14,290 bases of DNA, from the IMG/VR virus record IMGVR_UViG_2778261163_000002, positions 1 through 14,290 of that record; one strand, 5' to 3'. This DNA is from a virus. Lineage: Duplodnaviria > Heunggongvirae > Uroviricota > Caudoviricetes. A model generated the notes under the pieces. The model had not been told where the DNA came from. It made no database searches and worked only from the letters and a program-made list of their open reading frames with translations. Below are positions 1-7,089 of this stretch, one piece after another. Position numbers and translations under genes: made by a program. The first letter of the stretch is position 1, and the number at the start of each line of letters is the position of its first letter.

Positions 1-73
1 TGTCCGGCGCACGCACTCCACCTCACCCGTGGAGAACTCCTTAATTACCAACCTTAGCTTCGTTGGTTAGCTA

Positions 74-292
74 TTAACGCGGGTATGTAATCATTCTGGC
101 AATGCTTAATGCCGCTGCTTTTTCCAGCCTCGTGATATCCTGCTCCAGAGCGGACAGATTTTCAGCCTGCTTAGCCCTGGCTTCATTGGCCCATTTCAGA
201 TCCTGCGCTGCATTAATTTTCTGGCGCATCCACTCATAAAGTTCATCATCGGTATAATCTGGCGCGATGATGACGGGTTCTCGTTTCTGCAT
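74..292 (-). CDS. small prophage protein, 72 aa, YdfC-like by size and synteny
   Basis: Intact 72-aa ORF, charged helical composition; GAGG 8 nt upstream of the ATG on the minus strand; third gene downstream of the DicA-like repressor, matching the ydfA(51)-ydfB(42)-ydfC(72) layout of Qin. Family assignment is by size and position only, not sequence recall. Confidence 0.6.
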   Translation of the reverse strand: MQKREPVIIAPDYTDDELYEWMRQKINAAQDLKWANEARAKQAENLSALEQDITRLEKAAALSIARMITYPR

Positions 293-321
293 ACTGATTC
301 CTCGCGGTGTTGCTTCGCTTA

Positions 322-450
322 TCAGCCGTTAGATTTTGCCGAGCTGGAAAGCGCCTGTTTAAACTCACTGAAGCTGAGAGCTTCTTCGCCTTCGGCAAGG
401 CCTTCGAAGTATTCTTCGTAAGCCTTTTCCATGATTGTGTCGAAATCCAT
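322..450 (-). CDS. small acidic protein, 42 aa (MDFDTIMEKAYEEYFEGLAEGEEALSFSEFKQALSSSAKSNG), YdfB-like by size and synteny
   Basis: Hand-translated minus-strand ORF below the 60-aa cutoff of the supplied track; ATG at 450..448 lies 1 nt after the TGA of the upstream gene (TGATATG), with AGGTGG inside the upstream ORF. Confidence 0.45.
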   Translation of the reverse strand: MDFDTIMEKAYEEYFEGLAEGEEALSFSEFKQALSSSAKSNG

Positions 451-451
451 A

Positions 452-607
452 TCACCCACCTGAATTTCTTTCCAGCCAGCGACGCGCTCCAGATTCGGTT
501 TTAAACGTTTTGCTTTTGGTATACGTCATTGCGGTGAACGTACCGTCCTGGTTGGGGAACACGCCACATACCAGAGATTCGCTGTTGCCAAGATTGATAG
601 TATCCAT
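452..607 (-). CDS. small protein, 51 aa from internal ATG (MDTINLGNSESLV...), YdfA-like by size and synteny; ORF extends upstream to 688
   Basis: Minus-strand ORF 452..688; the ATG at 607 is preceded by GAGG with 5-nt spacing and gives 51 aa; the N-terminal extension from 688 looks non-protein-like. Confidence 0.45.
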   Translation of the reverse strand: MDTINLGNSESLVCGVFPNQDGTFTAMTYTKSKTFKTESGARRWLERNSGG

Positions 608-779
608 GCTGACCTCATTTCCCCTTAACGCCGGGGTAGCGGAACAAAAACCTGCTGCATAGTTATTAAAGTTGAACCCTGCCGTCATGTTCTTACGCCT
701 CGGGCTGGCTACTTAACCCCTGACCACTGCCTGGTAACTCGAAGTATTGCCCTGCATTCTGTGGGGCGGGGTGGGTGGC

Positions 780-830
780 AGGTATATAATGTACTTTGCG
801 TTCATTGTTGTAAAGTACTTTTAGTACATT
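780..830 (-). promoter_or_regulatory. candidate promoter/operator for the ydfA-like operon
   Basis: On the minus strand: -35-like TTTACA (complement of 810..815), 17-bp spacer, -10-like CATTAT (complement of 786..791); AATGTACT at 788..795 overlaps the -10 and its reverse complement AGTACATT sits at 823..830. Confidence 0.3.
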
Positions 831-904
831 CTGTGTGTAAAAAAATGAGATGGGATAAAGTGAAGCACAAACCCGGAGGAAGGCGCTACCGGATTTATGC
901 TGGT

Positions 905-1324
905 TTAAGAGGCTTTTTGTTTTTTCTTTCGTGCTAACTCTTCGTAAATTGCATTGTACTTCTGTTTTTTCTCTTCAAGAGTTTTTAAAAGTTCATCTGT
1001 CTCACTGTCAGGGAGCTCGTCCAGAAGGTCAATGATGATTTTTTGTCTTGGATTTAACTCCTGATAGAAACGTACCTGTCCACTTTCTTCTGTATCCTCT
1101 CCCAAAAGATAGGTTGGTGTTGTTCCTATTAGTGTTGCTAATTCCCTTAATTTCTCCCGGCGAGGAATTGTTTCGCCATTAAACCATTTGCTAACCGCTT
1201 TTGGTGTTAATTTCATTCGACGGGCAATTTCTGCCTGCCTTCCATGTTGTTCATAACCAGCGTTTTCACAGGCTAGCGCAAGCCTACTGGCGAACTCTTT
1301 ACGCGCTTTATCTTCATGAACCAT
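905..1324 (-). CDS. XRE-family HTH prophage repressor, DicA/CI-like
   Basis: 139-aa ORF with an N-terminal HTH-like segment (QAEIARRMKLTPKAVSKWFNGE) and an acidic C-terminal region; divergent from the cro-like gene; no Shine-Dalgarno before the ATG, so possibly leaderless. Confidence 0.75.
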   Translation of the reverse strand: MVHEDKARKEFASRLALACENAGYEQHGRQAEIARRMKLTPKAVSKWFNGETIPRREKLRELATLIGTTPTYLLGEDTEESGQVRFYQELNPRQKIIIDLLDELPDSETDELLKTLEEKKQKYNAIYEELARKKKQKAS

Positions 1325-1403
1325 AAGTTCAATGATATTCGCTCTTGAATGTACTGTCAGTTCTGTTATAGCATGTACTCAAAGTTCACATTGTGAGGGT
1401 GAT
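1325..1403. promoter_or_regulatory. immunity-region divergent promoter/operator interval
   Basis: 79-bp gap between divergent repressor and cro-like genes; ATGTACT repeated at 1348..1355 and 1373..1379; inverted repeat TTCAA-N12-TTGAA at about 1328..1349; near-palindrome TCACATTGTGA at 1386..1396. Confidence 0.5.
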
Positions 1404-1658
1404 ATGAACCAGAAAACACTTGAAGATGTAATCAAAACTGTTCGCGTTGCTGTTGTGGCCGACGTTTGTGGTGTCAGCCAAAGAGCAATCTATAAATGGA
1501 TGGATAACGGAAAATTGCCTCGCACAGAATATACCGGCGAAACAAATTACGCTGAAAAAATCGCTCTTGCATCAAACGGATTATTTTCTGCCGATGCAAT
1601 TTTAACTATTGGCAGGAATAAAACTACTACGAAAAAGCTGATGGGAGTTGATTCATGA
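1404..1658 (+). CDS. Cro-like small DNA-binding protein (84 aa)
   Basis: In-frame ATG at 1404 preceded by GAGGGTG with 5-nt spacing; HTH-like segment (VADVCGVSQRAIYKWMDNG); divergent from the repressor; stop overlaps the next start (ATGA). Confidence 0.6.
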   Translation: MNQKTLEDVIKTVRVAVVADVCGVSQRAIYKWMDNGKLPRTEYTGETNYAEKIALASNGLFSADAILTIGRNKTTTKKLMGVDS

Positions 1659-2080
1659 AAATCAAGCATGAACACATCCGCATGGCGATGAATGCCTGGG
1701 CGCATCCGGACGGCGAAAAAGTACCGGCTGCGAAAATTACCAAAGCGTATTTCGAGCTGGGAATGACGTTCCCGGAACTGTATGACGACAGCCATCCGGA
1801 AGCCTTGGCTCGCAATACCCAGAAAATTTTCCGCTGGGTAGAGAAAGACACCCCTGATGCAGTTGAAAAAATTCAGGCGTTGTTACCAGCGATCGAAAAG
1901 GCAATGCCACCTTTGCTGGTGGCCAGAATGCGCAGCCACAGTTCAGCTTATTTTCGGGAGCTGGTGGAGACGCGGGAGCGATTGGTGAGAGACGCTGATG
2001 ATTTTGTCGCAGTGGCAATCGCCGGTTTCAATCAGATGAACCGTGGTGGCCCGGCAGGAAATGCTGTGGCAGTACATTGA
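1655..2080 (+). CDS. YdaT-family protein (CII-like regulator, formerly called a putative toxin)
   Basis: 141-aa ORF starting MKIKHEHI, recalled as the characteristic YdaT N-terminus; position immediately after cro matches racR-ydaS-ydaT synteny. Confidence 0.6.
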   Translation: MKIKHEHIRMAMNAWAHPDGEKVPAAKITKAYFELGMTFPELYDDSHPEALARNTQKIFRWVEKDTPDAVEKIQALLPAIEKAMPPLLVARMRSHSSAYFRELVETRERLVRDADDFVAVAIAGFNQMNRGGPAGNAVAVH

Positions 2081-2151
2081 CTGACAATAGCCATATCGAA
2101 TCGCTTCCGGCAACTCGTGAGTAAAAAGATTCGGTATCAGAAGAGGTGAGT

Positions 2152-3222
2152 ATGGCTAACGCCTGGCTCAGATTATGGCATGACATGCCAAATGACCCTA
2201 AGTGGCGAACAATTGCCAGGGTGTCAGGGCAGCCAATTGCAACAGTGATGGCAGTGTATATCCACCTCCTGGTGAGCGCGTCACGAAATGTCACGCGAGG
2301 TCACATTGATGTCACGACAGAAGATTTGGCAAGTGCGCTCGACGTGACAGAAGAGGTAATTGATTCAATTTTGCAGACGATGCAGGGGCGGGTACTTGAT
2401 GGTGATTTAATCACTGGATGGGAAAAACGCCAGGTGCTTAAAGAGGACAACGGCAATATTTCGCAAACCGCAAAATCTCCTGCAGAGCGCAAGAGGGCGC
2501 AGCGAGAGAGGGAAAGAAAGCAGGAACAAAATGGCGATTGTCACGGCGCGTCACGAAATGTCACGCACATGTCACGACGAGTCACGACAGATAAAGATAC
2601 AGATAAAGATACAGATCAAGAAGATCAAAACACTATGGTCCATGGCGTAAAAAACGCCACGAACCAGGCAGGGGATGTTCAGACCGTCAATCCTGGTCAG
2701 CCAGCAGGCACGACACCGGAAGCCGATTCAGCGTATGCGCTGAAAGCCGATTCGGGCGCTGTGCAGCAGGTGATGACCGCAAGGCCGGAGCAATCACACC
2801 AACTGCAGCAGCCTGAAGCCGATTCCGCCATTCAGCGGGAAGCCGATCGGGTAGTCCCGGAAAACACCGGGCAGCCTGTGGGACGAGTAGATTATCCGGA
2901 TGTGTTCGAACAGGTCTGGCGGGAATACCCGTTGCGTGCTGGGGCAAACCCGAAGAAATCCGCTTTCAGTGCCTGGAAGGCCAGATTACGCGAGGGGGTG
3001 CCACCAGAGGCCATGCTGGATGGTGTGAGGCGTTACGCAAGATACCTGGCGGCTACCGGGAAAACGGGAACGGAATTTGTTCAGCGAGCGACGACGTTTT
3101 TTGGACCGGACCGGAATTTTGAGAACCCTTGGTTGCTCCCGGTAAGCGGCACGAACAACCAGCGTTGTGTGAATCATATTTCTGAACCGGATAACGAAAT
3201 TCCGCCGGGCTTCAGGGGGTAA
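2152..3222 (+). CDS. phage replication initiator / replisome organizer, DUF1376 YdaU-like N-terminal domain
   Basis: ATG at 2152 preceded by AAGAGGTG; N-terminus WLRLWHDMPNDPKWRTIA resembles DUF1376 (recalled); two GTCACG iteron arrays and an acidic DKDTDKDTD linker lie inside the ORF, as with the lambda O gene and its origin. Confidence 0.65.
   Translation: MANAWLRLWHDMPNDPKWRTIARVSGQPIATVMAVYIHLLVSASRNVTRGHIDVTTEDLASALDVTEEVIDSILQTMQGRVLDGDLITGWEKRQVLKEDNGNISQTAKSPAERKRAQRERERKQEQNGDCHGASRNVTHMSRRVTTDKDTDKDTDQEDQNTMVHGVKNATNQAGDVQTVNPGQPAGTTPEADSAYALKADSGAVQQVMTARPEQSHQLQQPEADSAIQREADRVVPENTGQPVGRVDYPDVFEQVWREYPLRAGANPKKSAFSAWKARLREGVPPEAMLDGVRRYARYLAATGKTGTEFVQRATTFFGPDRNFENPWLLPVSGTNNQRCVNHISEPDNEIPPGFRG
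2291..2327. repeat. iteron array A: four direct GTCAC(G/A) repeats at 10/10/11-bp spacing
   Basis: GTCACG at 2291, 2301, 2322 and GTCACA at 2311; an inverted copy CGTGAC at 2354..2359. Confidence 0.7.
2540..2612. repeat. iteron array B (five GTCACG repeats at 10/10/11/10-bp spacing) plus adjacent 12-bp tandem repeat; candidate replication origin
   Basis: GTCACG at 2540, 2550, 2560, 2571, 2581; then AGATAAAGATAC x2 (2589..2612) forming an A-rich stretch; TCACGAAATGTCACG is shared exactly with array A. Confidence 0.7.
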
Positions 3223-3262
3223 GTGTTAATTTCTGGTCATGAGGTAATTTTCAGGAGGGCTT

Positions 3263-3688
3263 GTGGCAAAAGTATTTACACAAGAAGAGCGGGAAAAAAT
3301 TAAGAGGCAGGTTGTTGAACTCGTGCGCCTGAGCGGGCGCGAGACGTTACGACAACTGGAAGCGAAAACAGGTGCGACAAGATATCTGATGAGTGTTCTC
3401 GCCAGAGAGCTGGTTGCCAGTGGCGATGTATACAATTCTGGCTACGGGTTATTCCCGTCTGAACAGGCGCGTAAGGACTGGCAAAATGCCCGCAAAAAAC
3501 TCTCAAGGGCAAAGGTGAAGAAACCTGCAGTGGTTGATCCGGACCTTATCTGGTCGTTACCAGACGGCGAAATACGCCGCTACGACAGGCGCCTGAATAT
3601 AATCTGTCGCGAGTGCCGGAAGAGCGAAGCTATGCAGCGTGTACTGGCATTTTATCAAGGAAATGTTAGGTATTTTAGACGTTACTAG
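3263..3688 (+). CDS. hypothetical protein (141 aa), basic, unknown function
   Basis: GTG start at 3263 preceded by CAGGAGGG; protein-like composition; no family recognised from memory. Confidence 0.55.
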   Translation: MAKVFTQEEREKIKRQVVELVRLSGRETLRQLEAKTGATRYLMSVLARELVASGDVYNSGYGLFPSEQARKDWQNARKKLSRAKVKKPAVVDPDLIWSLPDGEIRRYDRRLNIICRECRKSEAMQRVLAFYQGNVRYFRRY

Positions 3689-3841
3689 ATTAAAGAGCAT
3701 TAGTTCAGATGTGAATTGACATTTTCATGGCGCAGGGTAGAGCCAGCGTGGTTGTCCGCTTTGCGTCAAAACCAGATATTACCAGATTTAGACATATATT
3801 CCCGATAGCCCTGCTCTGATGCTACACTCTGTGCTATTTTC

Positions 3842-4528
3842 ATGACCCCAATAAAAATATTTATGACTATTGCTGATTTCAAACGGCCTAAATTGGAGCT
3901 CCCAAACGGGGCAAACAAACTACTACTGCACTCTTGCTGTGCTCCATGTTCCGGTGAAGTGATGGAGGCGCTTCAGGCCTCGGGAATCGACTACACCATC
4001 TTTTTCTACAACCCGAACATTCATCCTCAGAAAGAGTATTTAATTCGTAAGGATGAAAATATTCGCTTTGCTGAACAACACGGCGTGCCGTTTATCGATG
4101 CTGATTACGACACCGACAACTGGTTTGAACGTGCCAAAGGAATGGAATGGGAGCCTGAGAGGGGGATCCGTTGTACCATGTGTTTTGACATGCGTTTTGA
4201 GCGGACAGCGTTGTACGCTGCTGAAAATGGTTTCAGTGTGATCAGCAGTTCACTGGGCATTTCACGCTGGAAAAATATGCAGCAGGTTAACGAGTGTGGG
4301 CGGCGAGCTGTTGCGCATTATCCGGGTATGGTGTACTGGGATTATAACTGGCGCAAGCAGGGCGGCTCGTCCCGTATGATTGAAATCAGCAAGCGCGAAA
4401 AATTCTATCAGCAGGAATATTGTGGCTGTGTGTATTCTCTGCGCGATACCAATCTACACCGCAAATCTCAGGGACGCCCTCTTATCAAAATTGGCCAACT
4501 CCACTACGGAAAAGAAGAGAAGGAGTGA
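3842..4528 (+). CDS. queH: epoxyqueuosine reductase QueH homolog (DUF208 family)
   Basis: 228-aa ORF with HSCCAPCS near the N-terminus, YNPNIHP, RCxxCF and a C-terminal YCGCVYS motif, recalled as hallmarks of the Fe-S, B12-independent QueH family; start could alternatively be the ATG at 3863. Confidence 0.7.
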   Translation: MTPIKIFMTIADFKRPKLELPNGANKLLLHSCCAPCSGEVMEALQASGIDYTIFFYNPNIHPQKEYLIRKDENIRFAEQHGVPFIDADYDTDNWFERAKGMEWEPERGIRCTMCFDMRFERTALYAAENGFSVISSSLGISRWKNMQQVNECGRRAVAHYPGMVYWDYNWRKQGGSSRMIEISKREKFYQQEYCGCVYSLRDTNLHRKSQGRPLIKIGQLHYGKEEKE

Positions 4529-4765
4529 TTTTATGGATCACCTTTCTGATTGATTTCATATTGGCGAGGTGACGTGAGTTAAGTAGAATGGCTGCGGGTG
4601 CTTGAGGCTATCTGTCTCAGGCATGAACACTGAAAGGCAGATAGAGAAAAGCCCCAGTTAACATTACGCGTCCGGCAAGACGCTTAACATTAATCTGAGG
4701 CTCAATCTATGAACGGCAAATCTAGGTTAGCCTCTTACGTGCCGAAAGGCAAGGAGAAGCAGGCT

Positions 4766-4921
4766 ATGAAGCAGCAAAAGGCGATGTTAATCGCCCTGAT
4801 CGTCATCTGTTTAACCGTCATTGTGACGGCACTGGTAACGAGGAAAGACCTCTGCGAGGTACGAATCCGAACCGGCCAGACGGAGGTCGCTGTCTTCACA
4901 GTCTACGAACCTGAGGAGTAA
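4766..4921 (+). CDS. hokD: Hok/Gef-family type I toxin, HokD (RelF)-like, 51 aa
   Basis: MKQQKAMLIALIVICLTVIVTALVTRKDLCEVRIRTGQTEVAVFTVYEPEE matches the recalled HokD sequence almost exactly; AAGGAG 9 nt upstream; the ORF continues in frame upstream to 4709, which is probably not biological. Confidence 0.8.
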   Translation: MKQQKAMLIALIVICLTVIVTALVTRKDLCEVRIRTGQTEVAVFTVYEPEE

Positions 4922-4991
4922 GAGACTTGGCGAGGGAGAAATCCCTCGCCGCCTCTGATGTGTCAGGCATCCTCAACGCACCCGCACTTAA

Positions 4992-5010
4992 CCCGCTTCG
5001 GCGTTTTTTC
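4992..5010 (+). terminator. rho-independent terminator after hok
   Basis: CCCGC-TTCG-GCG stem-loop followed by TTTTTT. Confidence 0.55.
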
Positions 5011-5064
5011 CGTTGATTAACTCTAGTTATTAGAGAACCGAACTTTTATTGATGGGGCAGGGAG

Positions 5065-5457
5065 ATGAAGAAACTTGTTTTAGTCGCAGGTGTAATGATT
5101 GCAACAGTAATGTTGGGAGGGTGTGCAGCAAAGGTCGATCCAGCGTTGAAAGCAGAAGCAATGAAGCCACTAACATGTAATGATGAAAAGCAATGTGACT
5201 TTTATTGGAAACGAGCGCAATTCTGGTTGGCTAATAATTCCTCATGGAAAATTCAAACGGCGACAGACACGCTAATTTCCACTTATAATCCCTCTCCAAA
5301 TAGTCCATTCCTCGCTTATCAAGTGAGTAAAATGCCAAATGAAGATGGATCCTCAAGAATTTTCATCAAGCCTTTTTGCGATAATATGTTTGGCTGTCAA
5401 CCAAACCCCTATCAGGCAGTTGTTTCCTTTAAAAACTTCGTTAAAACAGGGCAGTAG
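5065..5457 (+). CDS. putative lipoprotein (130 aa), four conserved-looking Cys, unknown function
   Basis: Signal peptide with lipobox LGG-C (MKKLVLVAGVMIATVMLGGC); GGGAG before the ATG; AT-rich codon usage compared with flanking genes; terminators on both sides. Confidence 0.7.
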   Translation: MKKLVLVAGVMIATVMLGGCAAKVDPALKAEAMKPLTCNDEKQCDFYWKRAQFWLANNSSWKIQTATDTLISTYNPSPNSPFLAYQVSKMPNEDGSSRIFIKPFCDNMFGCQPNPYQAVVSFKNFVKTGQ

Positions 5458-5655
5458 TGTATAGCTTGGACGATAAATTATTAGTGAAAACGCCGTAAAC
5501 CCTCACCCAATGTGGACTAAGCCTATCAAACATGACTGTGATGATTAGTCCGTAGTTGTTGCCTATGAAATCTGGATTGAGTCAGGGTTTAATCCAATAA
5601 TTATTCTATCGTTCCTTTACAAGTCCGGTATATTACTTTCAGTTTGTTTTAGCAT

Positions 5656-5681
5656 ACCCGCTTCGGCGGGTTTTGTTTTTT
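5656..5681 (+). terminator. rho-independent terminator
   Basis: CCCGC-TTCG-GCGGG stem-loop followed by TTTTGTTTTTT. Confidence 0.65.
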
Positions 5682-5753
5682 CCTGGCATTCTGGTTTACA
5701 ATTCGCACGCCAGCCTGAACAACTGGCACCTGCTGCGCCAGCAGAGACAACCG

Positions 5754-6032
5754 ATGGCGCACGATACCAAATTACACAATTCTAATGATTCTGCCGTCTT
5801 TGCCAGCAGGCGCGGACGGCGTTTTCACGTATTCAAATCAGACTGGTTCCAGCATCCTCCATGCACTGAAGAGCAGGCGGAATGGATAATTCAGTGTTAC
5901 CGCAGGCGCGGATACGAGGTTAAGAAAGCCCTCAGCCTCGATTATCGTCACTGGATAATCTATGTCAGGCTCCCTTATTCCGAACGCCCACCGCGCCCAT
6001 CCCGCACATACCAGCAACGGATCTGGAGGTAA
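5754..6032 (+). CDS. hypothetical small protein (92 aa from internal ATG), position equivalent to rem in Qin
   Basis: ORF 5673..6032; the upstream part overlaps the terminator, so an internal start is assumed; its stop TAA at 6030 overlaps the GGAGG of the next gene. Start and reality uncertain. Confidence 0.35.
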   Translation: MAHDTKLHNSNDSAVFASRRGRRFHVFKSDWFQHPPCTEEQAEWIIQCYRRRGYEVKKALSLDYRHWIIYVRLPYSERPPRPSRTYQQRIWR

Positions 6033-6033
6033 C

Positions 6034-7089
6034 GTGCGGATATTACTTCGACCTGTTCTGGTACCGGAACTTGGGCTGGTGGTCCTTAGGCCGGGCCGTG
6101 AATCCATGCAAGTATTTCATAACCCTCGAGTGCTGGTGGAGCCTGAACCGAAAAGCATGCGCGGTCTGCCGTCCGGAGTCGTCCCTGCCGTTCGCCAGCC
6201 GCTGGCGGAGGATAAATCATTACTGCCATTTTTCAGCGATGAGCGGGTGATTCGTGCTGCTGGCGGCGCTGGGGCACTGTCTGACTGGCTGTTGCGTCAT
6301 GTCAAATCCTGCCAGTGGCCTCATGGTGACTATCATCACAGTGAAATCGTCATACATCGTTACGGTACCGGCGCGATGGTGTTGTGCTGGCACTGCGACA
6401 ACCAGTTGCGTGACCAGACATCCGAATCACTCGGGCAACTTGCTCATCAAAACCTGTCAGCATGGATGATTGACGTCATACGCCATGCAATGAATGGCAC
6501 GCAGGAGCGGGAATTGTCGCTGGCTGAATTATCCTGGTGGGCGGTCTGCAATCAGGTGGCGGACGCGCTTCCGGAGGCAGTATTACGTCGTTCTCTGGGG
6601 TTACGTGCGGAAAAAATCCGCTCCTTGTACCGCGAAAGCGACATCGTACCGGGAGAGCAGACCGCCACCAGCATACTGAAGCAGCGCACAAAAAATCTTG
6701 CGCCGTTGCCTCATGCCCACCAGCAAAACCCGCCACAGGAAAAGACGGTGGTCAGCATTGCCGTTGATCCGGAGTCACCGGCTCAGTATCTCCAGCGCCA
6801 GAAACCACAACGGGAAGAGATGCCTGTATACACGCGTTGGGTAAAAACGCAGAAATGCATGACGTGCGGTAATCAGGCAGATGATCCGCATCACATCATT
6901 GGTCATGGACTGGGAGGGATGGGAACAAAGGCTGATGATTTGTTTGTTATTCCGCTGTGCCGTAAATGTCATAACGAACTGCACGCCGGGGTAAAAGATT
7001 TTGAAGAAAAACACGGCAGCCAGCTGTTGTTGCTGATTCGTTTTTTAATGCACGCGAGAAATTCGGGTGTCCTGAAGTGGAAAGCATGA
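6034..7089 (+). CDS. DUF968-family protein, YdfU-like, with C-terminal HNH-like Cys/His motif
   Basis: GTG at 6034 preceded by GGAGGT; C-terminus CMTCG...DDPHHIIGHGLGG...CRKCHNELH; the ORF is open upstream to 5962, so the start is uncertain; sits between hok and rusA/Q as in Qin. Confidence 0.65.
   Translation: MRILLRPVLVPELGLVVLRPGRESMQVFHNPRVLVEPEPKSMRGLPSGVVPAVRQPLAEDKSLLPFFSDERVIRAAGGAGALSDWLLRHVKSCQWPHGDYHHSEIVIHRYGTGAMVLCWHCDNQLRDQTSESLGQLAHQNLSAWMIDVIRHAMNGTQERELSLAELSWWAVCNQVADALPEAVLRRSLGLRAEKIRSLYRESDIVPGEQTATSILKQRTKNLAPLPHAHQQNPPQEKTVVSIAVDPESPAQYLQRQKPQREEMPVYTRWVKTQKCMTCGNQADDPHHIIGHGLGGMGTKADDLFVIPLCRKCHNELHAGVKDFEEKHGSQLLLLIRFLMHARNSGVLKWKA

Noticed and set aside
1-73. DicF sRNA downstream of the ydfC-like gene
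   Set aside because: Could not match the recalled DicF sequence in the 73 nt available; it may lie beyond the window edge.
246-455. Minus-strand 69-aa ORF
   Set aside because: Alternative frame overlapping the better-supported 42-aa and 72-aa genes; the basic low-complexity translation looks like a frame artefact.
307-504. Plus-strand 65-aa ORF
   Set aside because: Antisense to the coupled ydfA/ydfB-like genes; no ribosome-binding site and low-complexity sequence.
1547-2018. Three minus-strand ORFs (1547..1795, 1627..1851, 1737..2018)
   Set aside because: Antisense to the cro-like and YdaT-like genes, mutually overlapping, with no start signals.
2028-3512. Minus-strand ORFs 2028..2294, 2301..2492, 2687..2947, 2986..3177, 3226..3435, 3300..3512
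   Set aside because: All lie antisense within the replication initiator and the 141-aa gene; the plus-strand genes have ribosome-binding sites and recognisable domains.
4053-4241. Plus-strand 62-aa ORF inside queH
   Set aside because: Alternative frame inside a gene whose main frame carries the conserved QueH motifs.
4709-4765. In-frame upstream extension of hok as a mok-like reading frame
   Set aside because: Classical mok overlaps hok out of frame; this in-frame extension has no ribosome-binding site, and the hok ATG at 4766 has AAGGAG.
5838-7014. ORFs overlapping the DUF968 gene (5838..6107-, 6254..6469+, 6476..6736-, 6494..6679+, 6537..6767+, 6775..7014-)
   Set aside because: Overlapping or antisense frames within a GC-rich gene; such regions generate long spurious ORFs.
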